Shown here: positions 1 to 13,483 of the stretch, one piece after another | Layout of the letters: each line of letters starts with the position of its first letter | Numbering within the stretch: position 1 is the first letter of the stretch | Notes under the pieces: model-generated | The model's input: only the letters and a program-made list of their open reading frames with translations | Told to the model about the DNA's origin: nothing | Databases searched by the model: none | Source: the human T2T-CHM13v2.0 reference genome, Homo sapiens | DNA: 64,000 nt | Strand: one strand, 5' to 3' | NCBI RefSeq assembly: GCF_009914755.1 | Contig: NC_060939.1 | Program-made: the position numbers and the translations under genes

Positions 1-95
1 TTATTTTGAGGACTTAAGAAGATGCTACTTGTTAAAGCACCTAATACCTTGCTTGGCACATGGCTCTCAATAAATACTAGATACTAGTATTATTG
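1..95 (+). mobile_element. MIR 3' fragment
   Basis: aaagcacctaatacc...tggcacatgg...ctcaataaat resembles the MIR 3' end. Confidence 0.55.
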
Positions 96-161
96 TATTT
101 GTCATTAATTTTTCCTTTTTCAGCTCGTTCTCTTCACAAGCCTAAGGTATATTTGTACATG

Positions 162-275
162 CCTGGAAAATACTCAAAATATTTAACAATCAATGTAGCT
201 TAGGCCCTGGCCAATCAGACACTGGCCATGATGGCATATATATACAGTGGTATACTGGCTGAAATATCAGCCCTG
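162..275. mobile_element. Short non-autonomous hAT-type DNA element (MamRep1894-like)
   Basis: caaaatatttaacaa...ccaatcag...ggctgaaatatcagccctg matches my recollection of this consensus. Confidence 0.45.
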
Positions 276-779
276 GCAATACAGAAATTTCTGAAAGTGA
301 CCATTGAGATGGTAAACACAACGAAGCACCAGCTTATTGGACAAATGCAAACTACACAGTCGGGGATAAGGGGAAATCAGAACTAACATGATTATTTTAA
401 ACATGGTTATTTTATCTACCAGGTCCTTTGAGAAAATATCCATGGACCCCAAGGGACGCAACAGGATAACTTAATTAGTTTTAAAGATATATCTGAAAGG
501 GTTCCATGGCAAAGATTGTGTAAAACAACAATAACAACAACAAAATATACTATAAGTCCAGGCAGGATAGGGAAAGGAATATTCTTTAGTAGACTAAAAA
601 CTATATTGCAGCAATATGTTTTTAAAAAGACATGAAGAAAGAGACACTTCTCTTGGGAGAAAAATTACCAGTAGAGTTCCCACTGAACTTTATTATTCAG
701 CATTTTTACAAGAGATCTAGAAAAGCAATAGAGCCAAATTTGTGGAACTTAAGTTTTTTCAGGTAGCGAATTTTTAAAC

Positions 780-1110
780 CAATAGAAAAAATTAATGTGA
801 GTGAGATGAAAATTGGCAAGTGAAATTCAATGTGGACCAGTATGAAAGACATCTGTTTAAAGAAAATGAACTCCAGTACACCTATAAGTTGATGAACTTC
901 GAGTTGTGATTAGATACAAAACAAATCCAAGAATTATTATAGACTAAAACGATTTCTAAGACAGCAGTTCAACACCTTTGTCTTGACAAAAAGGCCAAGA
1001 AAATTTTGGAAAAAATTGGAAAAGTCTTGAAAATGATAAAGAATCATACTACCATCTGAATCCAGAATACCATGCACATTTCTGCATCTTATGAAGGACA
1101 TAACAGCTCA
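780..1110 (+). mobile_element. Ancient CR1/L3-like LINE fragment
   Basis: aaattcaatgtggaccagt...aaaaaggccaa...ccagaataccatgcacatttctg resembles the CR1 ORF2 3' region; highly decayed. Confidence 0.4.
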
Positions 1111-1123
1111 AAAAAAAAGGTTT

Positions 1124-1634
<511 letters not shown>

Positions 1635-1885
1635 GGTTTAAAGTAGGAAACTTAACAAGCAACTGTATATAGTTAAAATTTTCTTATTTCTTAATTTTTG
1701 AACCTCGAGTGCAATGACGAGTTAAAAAGAATACTATGTTGTTACAATGGTTCTAAGTCACTTTTAATTCATTATGTTCTTTAATTCATGGCATTCTATC
1801 AACATTCTTGTCAAACCCTCTATTTTATTTTCCCCCTTTGTCCTCAATCTCCACCCCCACTCTGCTTAACACCTGGTTTATACAC

Positions 1886-2012
1886 CTGGGTTTCTCAAAT
1901 GTGACACAATTGACATTTTGGACCAGATAATTCTTTTCTTTGGGGGTTTCCTGTGCAAGGAAGAATGCTTTGCCACACCTCTGGCCTCTACCCCCTAGAA
2001 ACCAGTAGTACC
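1886..2012. mobile_element. MER20 (hAT-Charlie), left part
   Basis: ttctcaa...attgacattttggaccagataattctt...ctggcctctacccc..agaaaccagtag. Confidence 0.85.
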
Positions 2013-2155
2013 TATAGTGAGTTAAAGTGTGTCCCTCCCATAAGGTATGTTCAACTCCTAACCCTTAGTTCACATACTATGAATGTAACCTTATTTGGAA
2101 ATAAGGTCTTTACTAATGTAATTAAGATGTAAGTTAAGATAAAGTCATTCTGAAC
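2013..2155 (+). mobile_element. MLT1 (MaLR LTR, MLT1B/C-like), left part
   Basis: atgaatgtaaccttatttggaaataaggtcttt...gtaattaag. Confidence 0.85.
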
Positions 2156-2757
2156 AGGGAGGTAATGCAGCCAATAATCTCTTTGACTTCTTGATTTCAT
2201 TTTCTTTGGATATATACCCAGAAGTGGGATTGTTGGACCATATGGTAGTTCTGTGTTTAATTTTATTGAGGAAACTCCATACTGTTCTCCATAAAGGCTG
2301 TACTAATTTACATTCCCATTAACAGTGTGCAAGGATTCCCTTTTCTCCATATCCTCACCAACACTTGTTATCTCTTGTTTGTTTGATAATAGCCATCCTA
2401 ACAGGAATGAAATGGTAGCTCACGTGGTTTGGGCTTGCATTTCTCTGATGATTAGTGATATTGAGCAACTTCTCATATAGTTGTTGGCCATTTACATGTC
2501 TTCCTTGGAAAAATGTCTATTTTTGCCCATTTTTGAATCAGACCGTTTTTTCTGCTATTGAGTTGTGTGAGTTCCTTACATATTTTAGATATTAACCCCT
2601 TATCAGATATATGGTTTCCAAATATTTCCTGTCATTCTGTAGGTTGCCTTTTCATTCCTTTAATTCATATATCATAGCATTATTCACAATAGCCAAGATA
2701 TGGAATCAACTTAAGTGTCTATCGACAGATAAATAGATAAAGAAAATCTGGGGAAAA

Positions 2758-2809
<52 letters not shown>

Positions 2810-3216
2810 GGCTGAATATCATTCACCACAAAAAGAAAGGAAACCCTGCCATTTGCAACATTGTAAATAAAACCGAAGGACAGTATCCTAAATAAAGTAA
2901 GCCAGACACAGAAAGACAAATAATCTATGATCTCACTTATATGTGGAATCTAAAAAATTGAACTCATAGACACAGACAATAGAATGGTGTTTACCAGGGG
3001 CTGAGGGGTGGGGGTAACAGGAAGATGTTGGTCAAAGGCTACAAACTTTCAGTTATAAGATGAACAAGTTCTGGGATCTAATGTACAGCATGGGCTGCAA
3101 TGGATGTGTCAATTAGGTTGATTGTGATCATGACTACACAATGTACACATACATCAAATCATCACATTTTACAGCTCGAATAATATAAAGAGACATGTAT
3201 AAAAGGTGGGGGAAAA
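2156..3216. mobile_element. 5'-inverted L1MA 3' fragment (about 2160-2662 minus, about 2672-3216 plus)
   Basis: Minus-strand ORF2 end joined to plus-strand ORF2 end and 3' UTR; diverged TSD aagataaagtcattctgaa / aagatgaggtcatactggaa. Confidence 0.85.
2760..2808. repeat. (CA)n(TA)n microsatellite
   Basis: Seen directly. Confidence 0.95.
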
Positions 3217-3570
3217 AAGATGAGGTCATACTGGAATAGAATGGGCCCTTAATCCAATATGACTGGCATCCTTATAACAAGAGAAGGAGACACAGAGACA
3301 ACACACAGAGAAGAGGCCACTGTGCAAAGACACAGACACATGCAGGAAATACAGCTGTGTGGCAATGGAGGCAGACACTGGAGTAAATCAGCTGCAAGCC
3401 GAGGAATGTCAAAGATTCCCAGCAACATCCAGACCCTAGGAGAGAGGGCAGAGCCCTGCTACAACCCTGACTTCCAATTTCCAGCCTCCAAAATTGTGAG
3501 AGAATAGATTGTTTTAAGTCACCCAGTTTGTGGTAGTTCATTACAGCACCCCTAGGAAATTAATATATAC
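3217..3570 (+). mobile_element. MLT1 LTR, right part
   Basis: gaggtcatactggaatagaatgggcccttaatccaatatgactgg...ccagcctccaaaattgtgagagaata...ggaaattaatata. Confidence 0.85.
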
Positions 3571-3571
3571 A

Positions 3572-3657
3572 TCCCCAATTGCAACAACCAAAAATGCCTT
3601 CAGACATTGTCTAATGTCTCCTGGGGAGCAAAATTGCCCCCTGCTGAGAACCACTGG
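3572..3657. mobile_element. MER20, right part
   Basis: acaaccaaaaatgccttcagacattg...aaaattgccccc...gagaaccactg terminus. Confidence 0.85.
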
Positions 3658-3729
3658 TGTGAGGGAAATGTCAGCTAATTTCTTTTATATTTTTAGGAAC
3701 AGAATTTCTAGAACAAGGATATGTTGATT

Positions 3730-4660
3730 TTTAATGCTTGCCCATCTGATTGGTATAGTAGAGTAACTTTAAATCTTAATTTCTACATATCTTCATATAC
3801 TTGGTAGAATTTGGGCTTCCTCATCTATAAATTTCCAATTCATAAGGTTTATCTACTTTACCATTGGATATTCTGCCTTTTTCCTTCTGGGTTTTCAAGA
3901 GTCCCCTGAACATTCTTGGAAGTCATCTTTTATCGGTTTCATATATTGCAAATATCTTCTCCTGGTTTTTCCCTCAATTGTTGACTGCATCAATTTTTCA
4001 CCTTAAGGTTTAGGTTTAAGAGTACCAGATAAGAGGCACTTTCTATCCCAAAGATATTTGCCAACATTTAATTCCATTAGCTTTAAAATGTTTGACCTGT
4101 GTTTTTTAATTATCTGTAGTTTACCTTTGTGTATAGTAATTGTTGGAATTAAACTTTGTGTATAGTAATTGTTGAAATTACACTTTATTCTTCTTTGTAT
4201 AGGGAGCAGATTTTCTCAGTACCATCAACGAAGCAATCGATCACATCCCATTGCTTTGTGGTGCTGCCTTTATCCTAGATCAGGGTCCCATATACATAAT
4301 TCTCTTCCTGTGTTCTTGACTGTTATTATTGATTTTACCGCCCATTAATGTGCCACACCACATTGTTTTATTGCTATTAGTTTGGAGTATATCTTCATAT
4401 CTGATAAAATATGTTTCTCCTCCTTGCACATCTTTATTTCAAAATCAACTTAGCAATTCAAAACAGACTTAGTATTCTGACATATAAATTTAGAATAAGC
4501 TATTTGTGTTCTCAAAGTTCTTCCGGGATTTTAAGTTAGAATTGCATTTAATTTGTAGATTAATTTGTGGAAAAGTGACAAACTTACAATGTTAAGACAG
4601 TCAACCGTGAATATGGTATTTTTCCAATTATTCAGATCTTCTTGACACCCTTCGTCAGGG
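3730..4660 (-). mobile_element. Old L1M(E) ORF2 fragment
   Basis: Degenerate antisense L1: tattgcaaatatcttctcc, gaattgcatttaatttgtagattaatttg. Confidence 0.7.
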
Positions 4661-4697
4661 TAGAAATTTAAAAGGCAGAGTAAAATTTAAAAGGTAG

Positions 4698-4995
4698 GAC
4701 GAGCATGGTGGGCCTACCATGGGCTGATGCCCATAATCCCAGCACTTTGGGAGGTTGAGGCAGGCAGATCACTTGAGGCCAGGAGTTTGAGACCAGCCTG
4801 GCCAATATCGCAAAACTTTCTCTCTACTAAAAATACAAAAAATTAGCTGGGCATGGTGGTGCATGCCTATAATCCCAGCTACTCGGAGGTGGAGGCACCT
4901 CCACCTTCTGGTTCTGCTTGAACCCAGAAGGCAGAATGAGATTGTGCCACTGCATTGTAGCCTGGGGAACAGAGCAAGACTGTCTCAAAAAAAAA
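4698..4995 (+). mobile_element. Alu (old S/J) with internal fold-back rearrangements
   Basis: Dimeric Alu with linker and A tail; TSD-like aatt(t/g)aaaagg. Confidence 0.92.
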
Positions 4996-5245
4996 TGAAT
5001 TGAAAAGGCACTACCTAAGTAACCAAAAAAAATGTGATTAAGAATACATTCCTATAAAATAATTTTTACTTGTCTAATAAAATAACAACACTCATTATCT
5101 CCAAGGAATAGTAATGTCTGGGCCCATAAATAAGTTAGGATGATCATCCAACAGCCAGTTAAAAGAAACTGACGGTGTGGCTGAGTACATGCTCTCTGAG
5201 GTTAGTGTCATGGACGGAAATCTCACCATCTGATATGCCCTCTGT

Positions 5246-5328
5246 TGTCAGTTGGCATTGTGGATTTCATATATAAGGATTTTGTGATCTGATTCAGTCA
5301 GACAAATATTATGCAAATGGAAGACTGC
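5246..5328 (-). promoter_or_regulatory. Candidate octamer + TATA core promoter, copy 1
   Basis: Minus strand: ATTTGCAT (5311-5318), TATATATG (5268-5275), then ATG|GTGAGA donor at 5227/5226; 76/83 identical to 7783-7865. Confidence 0.5.
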
Positions 5329-5739
5329 TCCAAGACCCTGGTTTCTCAAACCATATTCCCCTAAAGAAAGTTAGTTTGTGTAACTTTGGAAATAGAGATG
5401 AAAAAGAACTTGCTTCTTGCAAAGAAACAATAAATGTCACCTATTTCGTGGAGGGAGGAGAAAGGGGGCATTAAATGGGAGCCCTTCTCTGGTAAACACC
5501 TGTTCATTCTGTAGCTCATGTAGGGGAAGGTGAACTCACTTTCTGAAATGTTGTTTGGAATCCCAGAAGATACTGTGTAGTGGGAGAGATACATCTTTCT
5601 CTCCCTTCTTCTTTCCACCCACTCCAGTCTTGGTATCATAAACAATGCATAGTACTTTCCTCAAAGGCTTCCTGACAGTTATTTGCACCACTGACCAATA
5701 TTTCCCCTATGCTGTCAACCCACCACGTACTTTCTGCCT

Positions 5740-6503
<764 letters not shown>

Positions 6504-6510
<7 letters not shown>

Positions 6511-6615
6511 GAAGGAAGGGGAGAATGGGGGGGAGTGGGGAGAGTGGGGGAGCGAAGGAGGGAGGGAGGAAGGAAGGAAGGAAGGAAAGAGAGAGAAAGA
6601 GAGAAAGAAAAAAAA
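6504..6615. repeat. Polypurine GA-rich tract (expanded Alu tail)
   Basis: GGGGGAG/GGAA/GAGA runs. Confidence 0.9.
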
Positions 6616-7604
6616 TCATTCATTGAATTAAGTTCCCTCAAGGCAATGAGATTGACCTTTCCAAGCTTAATCATTTTGAGCTAAATCTTTGACTGCTCTA
6701 CCCCTCAAACGCTGTGGTCAGTTGAGTGTTGCAGCCATTGCTAGTGAAATTATCTGGAACAATTCATATACACCGAAACTAAGGTGTACAAGGAAAGCAT
6801 GCCAAACACCCTAACAGAGCTCATCTTCAATGGAAAAAGAAACCACCTATTTTCTACTGGTTTGCTGCCAGCAAGTCTGAAAAGTCTTTGCCATTAAAAT
6901 GCAATAAAGTTTGGTGGCTTTATTTCTAGAAGGTAGATAGTTAGCTATTCATGGCTACTTCATCTTTTCCCCAAAATCAGTTGTGCTTGAGGCAATGAAA
7001 GAGGAAATGAATCACATGTACTAAACCAATATCCCCCAATGACTTTTTTTAATTTGGGAAGAATTAAATCTCTCTTCCCAAAACCAGGCATGTTTATAAC
7101 CTAAGATGTCAATATATCATGCTTTTGACTGAGTCCATTTTCTGCTGAAATGAGTGTATTGCCCTTCTTTCTCAATTCAGCTCTGTGGAACTAGTCTTGA
7201 TAAGTTGCTTTGGAAGAAAGAATATGTTTTAGACATAATATAAATAATATTTACATAAATTAGAATACAAATCATATTCTAGAATACAAATCATATTTAA
7301 ATAAATGAAAAACCTGAGCCAGCTTACCAATCAGAAATGCAGTCTTACAGCTGCCCAAAGGGCAGAGTGCAGATCTTGATACTTGTCAATGAAGTTGCAC
7401 ATATACATTTTCATCCACCCTAAAAATAATCTGTTTTACTTCCTAATTGTGTCAGGAAGAAAGAAGAGCTACGGAGTGGTACAAGGTACCTGCTTTAACT
7501 TCAGAAACAGGTACTTTCCCAACCATACTGGGCTCCCACTGTCTACTCAAGGAGCATTTCTAGGCACTATGTTAGCCTATGTGTTTCCCAACAAGCCAAC
7601 TTAC

Positions 7605-7782
7605 CCAGAGACTACCAGGAAAACCTAGGACACGATGGTAAAAGGAGCTTTGATCCTCTCAGTTCTAGCTCTTGTTCCAATGCAGAAGCCAAATTGTTGT
7701 CAATAAGAACATCATCAGCCCTGCTGTGCCCTGTAGGATCTCATCTTTCATGAGCAGGAAGCCACTCAAGAAACTTGCATGA
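7605..7782 (-). other. Candidate first exon downstream of promoter copy 2
   Basis: Starts about 30 nt from the TATA; ends at consensus donor TGG|GTAAGT (7605/7604). Confidence 0.35.
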
Positions 7783-7865
7783 TGTCAGTTGGCAATGGGG
7801 ATTTCATATATAAAGATTGTGTGATCCGATTCCATCAGACAAATATTATGCAAATGGAAGACTGC
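7783..7865 (-). promoter_or_regulatory. Candidate octamer + TATA core promoter, copy 2
   Basis: ATTTGCAT (7848-7855), TATATATG (7805-7812); ungapped match to copy 1. Confidence 0.5.
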
Positions 7866-8215
7866 ACTATGATTATTACTTCAAACTATGCCAGACTTTT
7901 ATTGTCCCCAAAATATTGAAGACTGTTAAGAAACATCCCCAACACATAGACATCAGAAATTATTCAAGTGTTCAAGAGGCTAAAGCTATCTCTGAGCATC
8001 CATTGAATTGATTGTATTTGAACTTTGGATTTAAAGTTTTCCAGCCTTTTTAGGTCCCTTCTCCATTACCCAGTGTCACTCTGTCCATTCAAGTTAAATG
8101 AAAGCTGTAGTGCATAGCCATCAGGAATGGGGAATATCACCTCTCTCTCTCCCTGAAGCTCACCCTGTTTCTACCATAAACCATACACCCTTTGGAAAGA
8201 TACACAGTTCAAGGA

Positions 8216-8267
8216 ATATATACATACATACACACATACACACACATACACATACACACACACACAC
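8216..8267. repeat. (TACA)n/(CA)n microsatellite
   Basis: Seen directly. Confidence 0.9.
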
Positions 8268-8798
8268 GAGTGTTTCTTACTAACTAGATTGAAGCCCTTC
8301 TACTATGATTACAAGGGTTAAACCCTAAAACCGATTCAATTGTTTTTCAGATGAGTCTTTATAAGACTTGTCAAAGACTGATGATCAGAAGCAAGTGGAT
8401 TTCCAGAGATGTGACACAAGCAGAATAGCCTGGGGGTTCTGGAGACAGTGTGGGCTGTGAGTGAGGGGTGGCTATTCACTTGACTTCTGTAAAGAACCTG
8501 ACAACAATCTGGTACCCTGAGCACTGGTATTTTAGGGGGTATGAGGAGACAGATAACACCCTTGGAATGGACAAAGGTGGGTCCACAATGAGCACTGGCA
8601 GGATGGAGAGTGGCAAGGCTTTCTCAAGCACCTTTGCATGTGTGATCAGTAGACGGGGCTGGTTCCATCAGCTGGTTACAGCATTTGATGGGCTAGCTTT
8701 TATGCATAAGTGAGACTTATCTAGGATTCACAGAAATATCTGTAGGAACACTTTAAGAGACTAAATTAAAGTCAGGAAAGGTTTCAAAAATTATTTTG

Positions 8799-9122
8799 GT
8801 TTGGGCACGGTGGCTCACATCTGTAATCCCAAAGCTTTGGGAGGCAGAGGCAGGAGGATCACTTGAAGCCAGGAGTTTGAGACCAGCATGGGAGACATAG
8901 CAAGCAAATTTTCTCCACAAAAAAAAAACTTTTTTTATGAGCTGGGTGTAGGTTTTTAGTATGCCATGACTACAGGCAGGTGGCACAAGTAGTTCTAACT
9001 ACTTGGAGGCTGAGGAGGTGGGAGGATCACTTGAGCCAGGAGTTCAAGGCTGCAATGAGCTATGATTGTACCACTTTATTCCAGCCTGGGTAACAGAGTA
9101 AGACTTAGTCTCAAAAAAAAAA
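8799..9122 (+). mobile_element. AluJ with insertion after the linker
   Basis: ggaggatcacttgag..caggagttcaaggctgcaatgagctatgat; A tail. Confidence 0.92.
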
Positions 9123-9899
9123 TTTCATTTGAGAATAATACAAATGTATATATTAATTAAAAGTAATTATAATTATAAATTATATAATATATTATATATA
9201 ATGCAAATATAAATATGAGCTAGTTTAGTCATTGAATGATAAGACAAGGAAACGTTAGAGCACACGTAAATTTTAGGCATCCCTTGGTGGTTTTTACCCA
9301 TAAGGATAACAGAGGTCATCCTTTTCTACACTTAGCAAGGATTTAATCAGTTCAGGGATTTGGCCAGATAATTTGCCAGCTCTACATATCACAAATATGT
9401 CCCCAAATGTCTTTACTACCATGTGCATTTAGCCCCATATCACATGATATGATTATCTGATTATATGTCAGAACTTCTCAACACTGAAACAACTCATCAT
9501 TTCAGAGTGGACACTTAAATTATTCCCAACTGTAATTAATCATGTGACAGACTCAAAGACGAGGCAATAATTCATGAACTCTATCTGAAGTGATGTCTTG
9601 GGGATTCTTTGGCACAAAGACCAGATCTATCCTATCTCAATCTATCACAGCTGAAAGATAACATGTCATGGGATTGTTTGCAGGGCTTAAATAATTCAAA
9701 AGGACAAGTCTCTTGGGATATGATGGAAGAATTAAGTTTAACTTTATTTTAAAACAAGTCATAATATCTGCTTTTGGATCTGCCAAGATGGATGAAAAAT
9801 CCATTTAAAATCTAACGATCAATCCAATAGTTTTTATAGCTAACAAGTTGATCTAACTCTGACAGTCCCTACCAAAAAAAACTCCTAGCTATTTACTTT

Positions 9900-10680
9900 T
9901 GAGATGAAAGGTAGGTTAGAATAAGAGAAACTAGAATCAGGGAGACAAGAGAAATGGCTGTTTCTTTAATCACATGGGGTGATAAGGATGAACTAAATCC
10001 ATTGACCAGAAGTCAGTTCAAGGGGCTGATATGAGCAGCACATCTTAAAAATAATAATAATAATGTTCTATCTTTCCATTTAACTGGTTGTTCCACTGTA
10101 GCATGTTTCACTGGTGTGATATAATGTTCTGATTTCACCTAACTTTCAGTGTTCAAATACATTTCTCCCTTGATTGTAAACTCCCTTGTTTACTAAGTGT
10201 CAGAGAAGTAAAATAGAAATGGATCTCATTAAACAGAAACGTATGGTCCTTTTGTGAAAAATACTCTTTGAATTCAAGTTCAAAGTGTCTGTTCCTAAGA
10301 TACCAATAAGGACAATAGCAGTGCCAATAACAGGGTAAGGTAGTTGAAAATGAATCGAGAAAAAAGGATATAAGTGGAAGATAAAGGAGGGTTCCGTTTT
10401 AGTCATGCTTGGGGTGAGAGTTAGAAAGATAACCACAAGCAACTAGAGATATATGAATAGAGGTTGAGAAAGAGACTGGTGACAAAAGTCTCGATTTGAA
10501 AGTCCTCAGCACAGAGGCTAGGTGGCTAGGTGAAACCATAGGAATAGATCAGATTTCCTTTCCAGGGATGATAGAATAGAAAAAAATAGCATCGAAGGCT
10601 ATCAATTGTGCCCTGGGAAATGTAAAGAGGAAGTGGAAGAAAGCAATAACATAGTGTCATTGATGCTGATGATGTAAAGA
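9900..10680 (-). mobile_element. Decayed L2 fragments
   Basis: Purine-rich antisense L2-like motifs, e.g. gaaaccataggaatagatcagatt. Confidence 0.45.
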
Positions 10681-11119
10681 CAATGTTTCTCATGACAAAA
10701 GAAGGCTATGCCATTCATATACTTAGTTTTTAAGGGCCAAGGAATCTACTTATATTGGCACCAGTCCCTGAGGAGTGCAAAGGAGTGGAGTCCCAGAATA
10801 CTCACAGTCAGAAGTTAATGAAGTGTGAGGAAAAATATTATGAGACAGATAGGAACAAAGCTGAGCCAAAAAAATAAATAAATGAATAAACAGGAAAAGT
10901 TTGGGAGAGAAAAGAACAAATCAAAGTCTAAAGTCACAGGGAAAGATCATATGAGAAGTAAAGATGACCCTTTGAACAAAATCACAGATCCTAGGCAGAC
11001 TGGGGCCATGACCACTGGAACCAAACACCATTTAGGGGTGTCATGAGATCTGCAGAGATGCTTTACACTCCAGGGGAGACAGCCCTTGTTTGAACACACT
11101 TCTGAACGCTTCACAGTAC

Positions 11120-11355
11120 AGCAAACATAGTGGTTAAGAGCACCAGCTATAGCATCAGATGTACTTCAAGTCCTGCATCTGTCACTTACACCTCTGTACC
11201 TTTGAACTAATTACCTTATCTGAGTTTCCATTTCTTCATCTATAAAATGGAGAGGATAATAGTGTATATCATAGCATTTTAGTAAGAATTTGCTGAGATA
11301 AGCTGTGGGAAGCACTTAGTACTGCTCCTAGCTCATAGTAAATGCACAATAAAGC
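11120..11355 (+). mobile_element. MIR
   Basis: tagtggttaagagc...tttcttcatctataaaatgg...agcacttag...catagtaaatgcacaataaa. Confidence 0.88.
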
Positions 11356-11719
11356 TACAAAACAGCCTAAACCTTACTTATTACATTTCCCCATATTGAG
11401 AACCGAATTTCTCAAGTCAGTTTGGGAGAAGCTATTGTAAATAAAGCTCTGCGAAGTGCTGAGCCATACTTTCATTTCCCTATACTCATGAAGTGGGGCA
11501 CGTATCCACTGAGCCCTTTCGGGCTGAGGACAGCGTGTTTTGCCTGAGCTCACTCTAGTAAGCAAAGAACTGCTTGTGTCCTTTGATCTGGTAGGCAAGT
11601 GCTATAGTGGAAAACCTAGTGATAAGTAGGCACAGAATAAGTTATAAATTTTCCCAAAGATGTCATTACTGCCTTCCACAAAGTTTGAGGGTCTACATGA
11701 AAATCAGACAAGTCCATCT

Positions 11720-11860
11720 CCATCTTCAATCCTTTATAGGTGAGGAAAGTGAGGCTCGAAAGATAAGGCCATTTGTTACATAGATGGGAAATAATGGAGC
11801 TGGGATTTAAACTCCAATTGTTCTGGCTTCTAACCTTAAGCCCTTTCCATGCAACCTTTA
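11720..11860 (-). mobile_element. MIR fragment
   Basis: tttataggtgaggaaagtgaggctc...gagctgggatttaaactc. Confidence 0.75.
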
Positions 11861-12506
11861 ATATCATCACTACTGGCCATAGAAAACAACTTTAAACTTT
11901 GAAAACAGCTCTTCCTGGCCTTGCCCAAAAGCAAAGCAGCTTCCCAAGCATGGAGGTACAATAGTCCTTCCTATGTCTACACCTCCAAGTCAAGCTTTCT
12001 CCCCTACCCTCAGCCCTCATTCTCACAGAGATGCAGAATCATACACTTGAGTTGGGAGGTTTTAGCAGCACGTAAGGCAACAGGGGAGAAGCCACGGTGA
12101 CAATAAGATCTCCAAATTCCTTCACCTTAAATTCCTTGACTGCCAGTTTGTCTATCCACAGGCCATGGACTTACAAATAACTGAAAGATGGGCTGCTGTG
12201 CCTGATCCTAAATCCTAATGTGACCTTGGGACATAGCTTTTGCCTTATCCCAAGAATTCAAAGGCAGGTGGTAGAAGATACAGTGGAGGTAGAAGAGAGT
12301 CAGTTTCTTGTGGAACTATTGAGAAATTTCTGAGACATAAGGACTTTTGCCTTGGTCATGTATTCAATTGATCAAACTTTTCAAAAAGAGAAAGGAGATC
12401 CTCCTAGAAGTTAGGAGAGGGGTTTGTTTCACTAGGAGAGCAGGTTTATGTTTTCCTGAAAATTGGCGTCATGATACACATAAAACTGGTACAATCTGAG
12501 TCAGGT

Positions 12507-12690
12507 TGATGGACTGTATCAATATCAATTTCCTGGTTGTGATATTGTATGGTAGCTATGCAAGATGTTATCGTTGGGGGGAAATGGGGAAAGGGGATAT
12601 AAGATATCTGTCTTATGTCTTACAACTGCATGCAAATGTATAATTATTTCAAAATAAGAAGTTTTTTAAAAAAGGAAAAAAAGAAAAAGA
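12507..12690 (+). mobile_element. L1M (MC/MD-type) 3' end
   Basis: caatttcctggttgtgatattgta...ttacaactgcatg...tcaaaataa plus A-rich tail. Confidence 0.75.
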
Positions 12691-12896
12691 ATATCACACA
12701 TGTCATGGCCAGTCATTAGTTCCCAGAAGAATGTACTCCTGGACCCTGGGATTTTATTTGGATATAGCTTATTTGCATATATGCCAGCTTTGTGGAAGGC
12801 TGTAAGGAAGAATAACTATTCCATTCTACAGATGGAGGAAATGAGGATAGATGAGGTTACGTGATCTGCCCAAGGACACACAAACTAGTGGGTATT

Positions 12897-13385
12897 TGTG
12901 ATGCTTTCTCAAGGCCCAGCACATTTTTAAACCCCTTGCTATGTTTGGAAAATCCTCCACGTCATACCTCTCCAAGGTGGAACCTAGAAAAATCACTACT
13001 CCAATGTCTTTTGAAGCTAACACATGAACATGTGCCCTGGACTCCATGTGAGACTAAGATTCAGAAGTGAGAAACTGAATAAAGGATGCTCTGTGAAGAA
13101 CCCATTTTTTGTTTCCGTGGGTGAGAGTGAAGGTGTCCAGATTGGAGGTTGGGAACAATTGCAAGACCAAGTTTCTGGAGCATAAGTGGCATTGGTGCTC
13201 AGGAAAGCACCAATGACCCTACGGAGGTGTGGTTTTGCACATGGCTCCTATGAAGCTAACCTCAGCCCGGCTTCTCTGGTCAAGCCAATGACCCTGTGAA
13301 TTTCCCAATAACCTATTAAAAACTCTTTTTCTGCTTAGTCAGCTACAGTCAGCTTCTAGAGCATGCTTTGAGAACCATGATTGAG
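12897..13385 (+). mobile_element. ERVL-type solo LTR (LTR33/LTR16-like)
   Basis: 3' motif ctttttctgcttagtcagctacagtcagcttct...gaaccatgattga. Confidence 0.55.
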
Positions 13386-13483
13386 TGAGTAAGAACTTGA
13401 ACCTAGAAAAGTTATACTACTTTCAACATAGAGTTCATGTTGGGTAAATTTCAATGTCTAGTGTTTCTTCAAAAAGAGCTTAC

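Noticed and set aside
5246-5328. Pol III type-3 (U6/H1-like) promoter
   Set aside because: Octamer and TATA are present, but I see no recognisable PSE and no conserved downstream RNA with a T-run terminator.
7490-7559. Extra minus-strand exon after the 7605 donor
   Set aside because: The implied intron is only about 45 nt and the donor GTACCT is weak.
8351-8456. Plus-strand exon (ttttcag ... gtgagt)
   Set aside because: Stops in all frames, a poor exonic side of the donor, and no partner exons.
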